DNA of 60,077 bases, taken from Phoronis australis. Its lineage: Eukaryota; Animalia; Phoronida. The stretch spans positions 1-60,077 of the forward strand of contig NMRA01001072.1 of assembly GCA_002633005.1 (NCBI GenBank), written 5' to 3'. The notes under the pieces are model-generated. The model saw only the letters and a list, made by a program, of their open reading frames with translations, was not told the origin of the DNA and ran no database searches. The position numbers were made by a program, and so were the translations under genes. Of this stretch, positions 52,040 to 60,077 are shown piece after piece. The first letter of the stretch is position 1; every line of letters begins with the position of its first letter.

Positions 52040-52127
52040 GATGGTGACAGACCACCTCACATCGGGTCTAAGACTGGTAGACTAACTTTTTCTTGAAAAG
52101 AGTGCTGATGTCCCTGTTGCCAATCAA
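52040..52127 (+). pseudogene. Degenerate ankyrin pseudo-exon (DGDRPPHIGSKTGRL-(del/fs)-LEKSADVPVANQ)
   Basis: It follows a pyrimidine tract with the AG lost, is 88 nt instead of 99, and the donor position reads TTAAAA. The tail parallels LKKGVDATVVNM of the 57101 exon. Confidence 0.6.
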
Positions 52128-52949
52128 TTAAAACTTGTTTGGAAATCAGTATGTGTAGTAAGACAACTTTACTAGAATAGTAAAAATACCACTCTTACTT
52201 TTCTTTCTGGTGTCGAGGTCTTATTGTCTTTGTGGTACAAAAAAATTCAAATTATAGGTTGGTGCACAGTGTCATGGTCACCACCTTCTGCAGGCAATAT
52301 AAATTAAATTTCATTTTTTCACTGTCCATAATAAGCTTCAACCAAGACCCTGTGTCTCAAAACATTTTTATTAATACATCTGAAGGGATTTAGTAGCCTT
52401 TATTATAGCTGTTGCTAGGGAACAAGCAAAACATTTTCGTATTTTTTCTATGATTGTTGTTGTGCATGTACATGTGCATGTACGTAGTGGCTGGAAGACA
52501 GTTAGTCGTTGTAGTTTTCACCAGTGCGAAACTGAGTTTGGAGGAAAGTTGGCCGAGAACTATCTCTTTAGATATTAAAAGGTGTGTTAGTGGAGGCTGT
52601 AGTAACTGCAACTTGACTGAGAACGTCCTAGGATGTTCATATTTCAAAAATACGTGAAAGTTGCACAGAAATGACATCGGGTTATTGTCCGCACGAGAGT
52701 GTGGAATGTCATTTTGGAACATGCGATTCAGTCGGGAGCCAAACTTTGTTCGACACATTTCAATGAATCGCACTTCGACCAAGCACACAAGTGGGGTTAC
52801 GATAATGGACTCGCTTCCTTGCAAGTGTACTATCAAATTTTATCAATAACAAGTAAACTGCTTTCATTCTAGGGCCCTCGATGCCAGGCACTCGACTTCG
52901 GTCTAGATGAAGTGCTAAGCCTCCTACATGTACTAGGCTTGCATGTATG

Positions 52950-55340
52950 CATTCGGGTAAATCACTATCATGACCCATGTTCGAGACTGTGTTACCGTCA
53001 AAAAATAAAATTGTTGGACACTCACCAAATGCCAACCTAGTCTCATGCAAAGAGTTGTATAGCTGTGAAAATGAAAATATCGGACAATGTTTGAGAAATG
53101 TATGCATGTTTTTGTCTATGAATTTTATGCATTTTTTGCATTACGGGTGGCTGTTTTAAAAATTACAATTTTTAACTGTCGACAGCAGAAAAGAAATGTA
53201 TTTTATTAAGTAAGCAATTGCTTTGATACGGCTGGGAACAAGTTGAGTCACTTTCATATTCACTTAGATGAAGTAGCGATTAATCTTTGAGGAATGGTAG
53301 GGTTCATCATAAAACAGGTACTCGTTACGCAATTATCAATTTTGTTTTTTAACCCTCACCTACTGAAAAGAAGGTTAAAGACACACTGTGTACTAAAATG
53401 AACTGTAGAATGTCTTTGCCTAGGCAACATAGCAAATTATTCAATATCTGAACAAAGCAAAGGTTTTGATATTGACTGGGTTCTGCTATGCTGAAAATGG
53501 GCCAAAAAGCTAAAAGAATGTAGTGTACGTACCCCCATGTGGAATTCAGTAACACAAATGGTCATTGCAAATAAAATTATTGCCTTTTAAATAACAACAT
53601 GGTGCTTATTATCACCAAAGTTAAATAAATGACCATACAGCATTGTGTTACCATGTGATGCAGAAAAAGTGATGTAGTGTACGTACCCCAATGTTTACAA
53701 ATGCCATGAAATTAATGTATCACTTTGTAAGTGAGCAGCATTGGTCAAAGACAGTGTCCTTCCTTCAAATGTTAGGTTGAATGGGTGTTTGTTGCGAATA
53801 CATTTGTTTTGAGTGAATTTTTTGCATTTGCGTAGCGTACATACCCCATTATTTTGATTTTCAAATTTTGGCAGATACATGTATGTGTGCTTTTTATTTT
53901 TCCTCTTTGAATTGACATAGTAAATCAGCTATCTCTCAATAGATTCTCAGTATTTCGTTACAAACCTGACATGTCATTGACATGTAGTGTACGTACCCCG
54001 ATGTGAACAAATAACATGAAGCAAAAACATTACACGGTTAGTAAGCAACACTTCTCACAGACTGCTTCCTCAATTAAAATGCTAGGTTAAAGCGTGTTAC
54101 TTACAAATACATTTGTTTTGAGTGAAATATTAGCATTTATGTAGTGCAATTACCCCTATATTTTAACCAGTGCCTGTGTTCAAAGAATGACAGACAGAAA
54201 TGCACGTGTATACTGTACTTTTTATTTGCTCTATCTGAATACATTTGGTAAATGACCTAACTCTCAGTATATTCTAAGGAATTCTTATTAACCTGACAAG
54301 TCATTGAAGTGTAGTGTACATTAACCCGTGTAGTGTACGTACCTTCAACCCCTGTGCTATAAAGTATTGCCCACAAGTATTTTTACATACCCGCGGTTCC
54401 CTTGAACTGAATACTGGTATTTCCAAAATGCATCCAGTATGACAAAAAGCAATGGACATTATCAAGTTCGCTGGCAATACAATGACACACAGGGGTTAGC
54501 CAGTAATATCATAGAAGACACGTCACGTGACAACTGATGTTACAGAGTAAGGTTCTCTACCTCTCAAGACATTTTGCAACAATAAACTAATAGATGCAGC
54601 ACAAAACTCGAGACCATCCCATACATTTGTAACTTAGTCAAATTTCACGTTGATTGACTGCGCAGTGTACGTACCCCTCCAACAGTAAAATTTTTTACAC
54701 TTTACAAGTTGAACACTGGGCCGAGCATTGCTAAAATATTTTGACCAACTGGTGAATGTATTACAAACTGGGCAAATACCACCAATAAAATTTTTGAAAA
54801 AAGTAGCTACTTGCCATTTTCTTTTTGTAAGAATCACATTGCAAAACAAGAAGTTCTCATTATACTGTGTTAAGGTATGCAATGTATCATCGTCTAGAAA
54901 AACTTGAACAACTTTCATATGTGATACTTCCTCAATCTGATCAAGAAAGTATTCAATTAACCGCAACCTTATGTATTGTTGCATGCTAGAAGTGAGCTGT
55001 GACCACAAGTTGTAGTGTACGTACCCTTTTTTACTACTGTGATGCATTAGGTTATGAAATTCTATTCGGTGGTTCTTGTGCAAAAATATTTTAGAATACA
55101 AACCTGGGAAGACGGTACTTTAAAACAACCCAGCTTTGACAGTTATATGATAACCATCACTCTTCACCAAAAGTTGCCACCGAATATGGACCTAGATTGT
55201 GATTTGGCCGATCGTTTTTAGCCTCGCCGTGCTCATTCTATCATGACAACCACAAGTGACTCGGGTTTACTGTAACCCTCGCCAGTGATTACTGAGTGTC
55301 TGTTTTGTTAATGTTGACCATTCCTTGGTTCATTTGATTG
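52950..55340. repeat. Unclassified repeat/transposon with an array of TAGTGTACGTACCC motifs
   Basis: The motif or close variants occur at 53521, 53675, 53833, 53985, 54142, 54312, 54331, 54663 and 55013. There is an internal ~310-bp tandem duplication, and CGAATATGGACC..GATTGTGATTT-like sequence in inverted orientation at ~52955 and ~55181. Confidence 0.7.
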
Positions 55341-57100
55341 GGGCTCACATATGTCTGCATCATTTCTCCTGCAAGTTGGCCGAGCGGGACCCAAAGCCGA
55401 TTAAAGTTCGCTGACTGGAAGTCACATACATTTTCTGATTCTTCCGGTACTTCGGTTTAAACCCGTCTCCACTCTCCTCTCTGTCTGCATAAGACTTGTC
55501 CAGTTCTCGCTCAAAATCCTCATCTTCCAATTGTCAGAAAAATCCGACGCACGTTGTACAGTTGAGACAATAAGTGTGATGTCAGTAAAGATTTTATTGG
55601 CTTCCTTATACAAACTTAAAACATCTAAGAACTGGCCAATGTGTCTTGGGGTTTCTCATATATTTATCGTACTGTATCTGAGCGTATTTAGAACCTTGCA
55701 TTACAAAACACAGAGAAACACGTCTACTTATACGCAGGATATCCACCTGCGCACTAAATAACATAAGGCATGCGTGGGTATGTGACCCACTTCAGTAGGA
55801 AAGTTTTCTCATTTCCTTTACAGCAGATATAGAAGCAAGTGGCTGATTACCCGTCGCATTTGGACTGATCTGCAATGGTTTACATGTTTCTGTTCTTATT
55901 CACAAATGTTCGTTCTGGTTGTTCCTCTTTAGGAGTAATGTTCTTTGCAAAGTGTTCAATAAATATATTGCATACAGTGTATGCTCAGGTGGTCGAATAA
56001 ATGTCAGTTGGAATCTGAGTGCATATCGTATATTACTGAAACGCAAAAGATTTGTTCCTGATGGCTATTCTCACTGCAACAAAAAGTTGAGGGAATTCAG
56101 TTGGCAGGGTATAGACCGAGCTTCGCTTGATATTTGATTCAAGTATTGGTAAGATGCAAACCAATGTTCTAATGCGACAACAATCGATATTGTAAGCCCA
56201 TTGGCTCAGCATCACTTTGGTCAACAGACGGTCCATCAGGTGTCACCAGATCGCCCACGTGTAACTCAGTGAATTTTGTTTGATACACAATCGAAAAACA
56301 CTGTGCCTGATGGTGCTTCAACTGTTGAGGATTAACACATATGTTACGGTATACCCTACCGAAAGTTTCCAAACAACCGCCCGCCTGAAGCTGAGTCACG
56401 TGATTGTATTACAAAACACTGTTTTAAAAGTGTTAGTGTCTTGATACTTCCCATCCTGTACCGCGTTTGTTTTGCTCACAGTGCACAATGATTGTGTTAA
56501 TGTTTTGCATGTTTATCATTTTGCGTATTTTGAAGAATGCTTAAAAACTGTGGACATCAACCCTCTTATTGTACATATAGGGTTTTATTAAGGGAACTGC
56601 TGAATTTAATTTTTCGCCGTTCACTTATCTTTCATTTTTCTCAGGTGTTTTGTGCAATGGGCCCAACCATGAGGCCTGCGCACGTCTGATGCACCGCAAA
56701 TGACATCAGACCACCTGCACTATTTTTTTTATCTTTCATTATTTGCGTCACGTAAACATATCGTCATCATGGTTTAGCAAAGAAGGAAAGGTTCGTTGAT
56801 ACCAAAACAATGGTTACCATAATAAGACCAGATTTTATTTCCTATCAATCTTGAACACGTGACGTCAAAAACGTTGTTACAATTTTCTAAAATATTTCCC
56901 TTTTGCTTTTACAACGTTTATGAAAATAATCATACAATGTTTGATATCATATCTGCTTCATGTTGAACTCAGTTTTATTTTTGACACTTTGACTTTAATT
57001 CGGTCAACCACGTTTTCATTTACACGAGTTGTTCATTCAACAAATGTAACTGGTTTTAATATGTTTATGGTGTGTCAGTCACTTTTAATGCTTGTTGTAG

Positions 57101-57199
57101 GGAGGCCACACACCACTGTACATTGCGTCTTTGAATGGCCATCAAAAAGTTGTTGAACTTCTTCTAAAAAAGGGCGTCGATGCCACGGTTGTCAATATG
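57101..57199 (+). CDS. Ankyrin repeat exon (GGHTPLYIASLNGHQKVVELLLKKGVDATVVNM)
   Basis: TTGTAG acceptor, 99 nt, ATG|GTAAGA donor. A canonical ankyrin repeat. Confidence 0.92.
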
Positions 57200-58416
57200 G
57201 TAAGATAAGATCGAGTGTCAATCAAATTGTGAGATCTGTTATTATTGTCTTTCTCTGGATTGCAACTCGCTCTACTTCTCAAGCAGCTGTCACAATGGTT
57301 TCAACTTGTTCCGTATCAATCGTGTTTACACAAACATTTGCGTCCTATCACATTGTGGTGCTGTAATTGAAAACTCGGTCCAATTCGATAAATCATCTCG
57401 GTATCAGATACATGTATATCCTGACTTGACTTGACATTTAGCTGCAAGCCAAAGCTATCGATCACAAGTTATCGATATGGACCTGTATAATCTACAGTGT
57501 ACGCATATACCTATCCTATATACATGTACCCTGACAGAGTACATGAAAGAGTTTCTTGTTTTTGCGATCAAACCAACAGGCGGCGTACCGGCCACAAGCT
57601 TTAGAAATACATAAATAGATTGTATCCGTTATACCGTAAGTTGAACTAGAAGCCTTAACCACTGGTGGCACTGGTTAAATAATGTTTGGTAAATATGGCC
57701 TTGAAAAGGCATATCCTAGCGGCCAGTACGGTAATCAATGCATCCGGTATAATATGCGTTCTTGGTGATAAATATAGAGGTCAGTGTATTAAATGTTTCC
57801 AAATTCACCATTAAGACGAGGCCTTGTATGTGCGATCCTAACGGGCATTAGAAAAGTCAATGTTTCCGATATATAATGAGTTATCTCTTAATTTATATAG
57901 ATGAACCTAGCGGCCAATTAAGAGGCCACAATGTGTCCGATATATCGTGATTTATCTAAATATACTCTCTAGTACATGTTGTCATCAAGCAAGTCAATAT
58001 ATCCTAAAAACATGTACCATCAGTTACTATGGTCAGCGTATTTGCTAGCCGACCTGGTGGCATGCAGCTGCAGGATACTTTTGAACTGATTATCCTAGTT
58101 GAATGTTCATGGAGACAGTTGAGTTGTGACACGTGCCAAATTTATAGGTCAAATGTAAGCAGTTTATCATGCAAAATGTTATAGAATCAAATAAGGCACA
58201 TAGGGACCATATTCCCTAATAGCTATAGTCCTAATTCTATACAAGTTAACAAGTTATAGTTTTTCACGAAATCGGGAAAAAAATGTTCGGCAAATTTGAA
58301 GACCACAAAATAGATATAGGGAAGATATCAGATAGTAGATTTCTTGATATTTTCACGGGACAAGTCAAAATAGTGATATAATTTTTATAGGACATGTTGT
58401 TTAGAAAGCTTGTTAC

Positions 58417-59294
58417 TTGCCACCGAATATGGACCTTGATTGTGATTTGGCCGATTGCTTTTAGCCTCGCCGTGCTCATTCTATCATGACAACCACAAGT
58501 GACTCAGTTTTACTGTAACCCTCGTCAATGATTACTAAGTGGCATTTTTGTTAATGTTGACCATTCCTTGGTTCAGTTGATTGTTTTCCCCAGTCTTATT
58601 CTTGAGGTTGAATGATTCAGGTATTAGGGACCTTAACGGTGTTAAAATTTTAGCCATGTTAATTAAATTAGGTCCCATTGTAATGTGGTTCCACTGTATA
58701 CTTGGAAAATTATGTATCTCTGGTTATACAGATAGAGAAATGTGACCAATCAGATGTGACTACAGGTGAATTAGATGAGAGATTGGTGTCAGCTAGGAGA
58801 CAAGGGCTCGATTAAATGTTTTGATAATGGACACCAAATTTCCACTTCATAGACATGCGTATTCATAAAATGGAATGTATTTCGACAAACCCTAAATACT
58901 GAGCTAAAAAAAATATTTTACTAATACAAGTCAGTACTGGAAGAAGTTACTAAAATTACTCTAGTACTCGAGTGTCTTTACTTCACGTAGGATTGTGCCC
59001 TTCATGGCGACTGCAGTCAGAATCTAGTTGAGAAAGCAAATATAATAAAGTCATTATCAACAGGTATAGAGTATTGATGACCTGCAGCTGCATAACAACT
59101 TACCTGACCCAACTGGAATCGATACATTCTGTTCTTCCAGAAATTCTTTGTTGACTGTGTTTCCACTTACATTCGAAACTCAAGCTTGGCCTTGGGCTTA
59201 GCCTTAGAGCCTTTCTGATGTTGAAGGTGGGCACATATCTTACTTTTACTTGGCCTGATTCCATGCTGAGATCGACGATTTCCACAAACTGGGG
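58417..59294 (+). repeat. Chimeric recent duplicate: 58417-58583 copies 55174-55340 and 58582-59294 copies 45444-46162
   Basis: Near-identical sequence with scattered substitutions and a 6-nt indel. The junction has TG microhomology and the segment ends at the N at 59295. Confidence 0.9.
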
Positions 59295-60032
59295 NCAGGC
59301 ACGCCTTTAAATGTTAAACACATTTGTCGTAATTTTTGTTGAAACAAGTTGAGGTTTTGGAGTTGCACAAAGCTGTCATAGCCCTCAAATTACGACTGTT
59401 TGTACAGACCTTCGCCAAACAAAAACGTCGTAGTTTGGGAAACAACCGTCCAAAGGCACATCTTTACGTTGCTTAAAAATGGAGTACCAACGTCTATCGT
59501 TGCAGTTGTTCTGTTCATCGTCGACACCGTATGAATGTCTATTATACCCACTGCCCCTATCACAGTCCATTTTCATGGGGCGAGCAGCTGAAAACCACCC
59601 ATCCCAAGCTGCATTCCGGACACGTATTCCGTCACTGCAACAATTCGTTGTGTTTGTGTATACTGAAGCAAGGTGTGCTTTGGTCAGAAGCACTTCACAA
59701 ACTGCACGACAGTTTGAGCTACTTCCGCAAGTCGCAAATCGTTTGTGCCTTGGAGGTTTGCACAAAAAGTCACAATTTGAAGACTGTAACAGTATGTGCA
59801 GTTGCGGCACCTTGTGGTCGAACTATTGCACCCAATCTATTATGACGAATCCACAATAAAATCGGCGGATAGGTTTCCGAGCACCAACAATAATTGAATT
59901 GCGTACCTCATTCTCTAAAATCCACAATTGATAATATACGATATGGTTGGCTTTAATCCAGGGCTTACGAGGAACTTGTCAACAGGGAATGTAGTGTTAT
60001 GTGACTCTGTGTTCAGTGTTATTTCCTTGCAG

Positions 60033-60077
60033 ATTTTATCCGACTGTCAACGGACTCACTGTCGTAGTAAACGGCGT
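60033..60077 (+). CDS. Possible further exon running off the window
   Basis: A strong acceptor TTATTTCCTTGCAG is followed by open frames (ILSDCQRTHCRSKRR or FYPTVNGLTVVVNG). No domain was recognised. Confidence 0.2.
   Translation, partial: MLSDCQRTHCRSKRR

Noticed and set aside
53521-55026. CRISPR-like repeat-spacer appearance
   Set aside because: The repeat is only 14 nt, spacers are ~140 nt and partly related, the context is eukaryotic and there are no cas genes.
59385-59859. Overlapping ORFs with a YTHCxxH motif reminiscent of hAT transposase
   Set aside because: Only one short motif, with no TRW or DDE context and no termini; insufficient to call.

Overview
This is AT-rich eukaryotic genomic DNA, most likely from a bilaterian invertebrate, with five assembly gaps. 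There are no prokaryotic operons, rRNA/tRNA genes or CRISPR arrays. The window holds the 5' part of a + strand, intron-rich ankyrin-repeat gene that the ORF track largely misses. It has a probable 57-nt first coding exon (7564-7620) behind an AP-1/kB-like element and two intact paralogous 96-nt cap-repeat exons (18545-18640, 32698-32793) made by a ~7-kb-core tandem segmental duplication. It then has three intact 99-nt phase-0 one-repeat ankyrin exons (41252, 48312, 57101), interspersed with about four dead or degenerate ankyrin cassettes. The introns are full of transposons: a near-complete L1/Tx1-type LINE, two Sola3-type TTAA elements, hAT-like and MULE-like non-autonomous elements, an EnSpm/CACTA transposase relic and a possible DIRS/Ngaro relic. 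The best candidate for a novel system is a modular ankyrin exon-cassette locus with exon birth-and-death and almost purely non-synonymous divergence between duplicate exons. Other points of interest are TACATGTA footprint-like insertions and a ~155-bp-periodic 14-mer array. All calls were made by eye, without searches.
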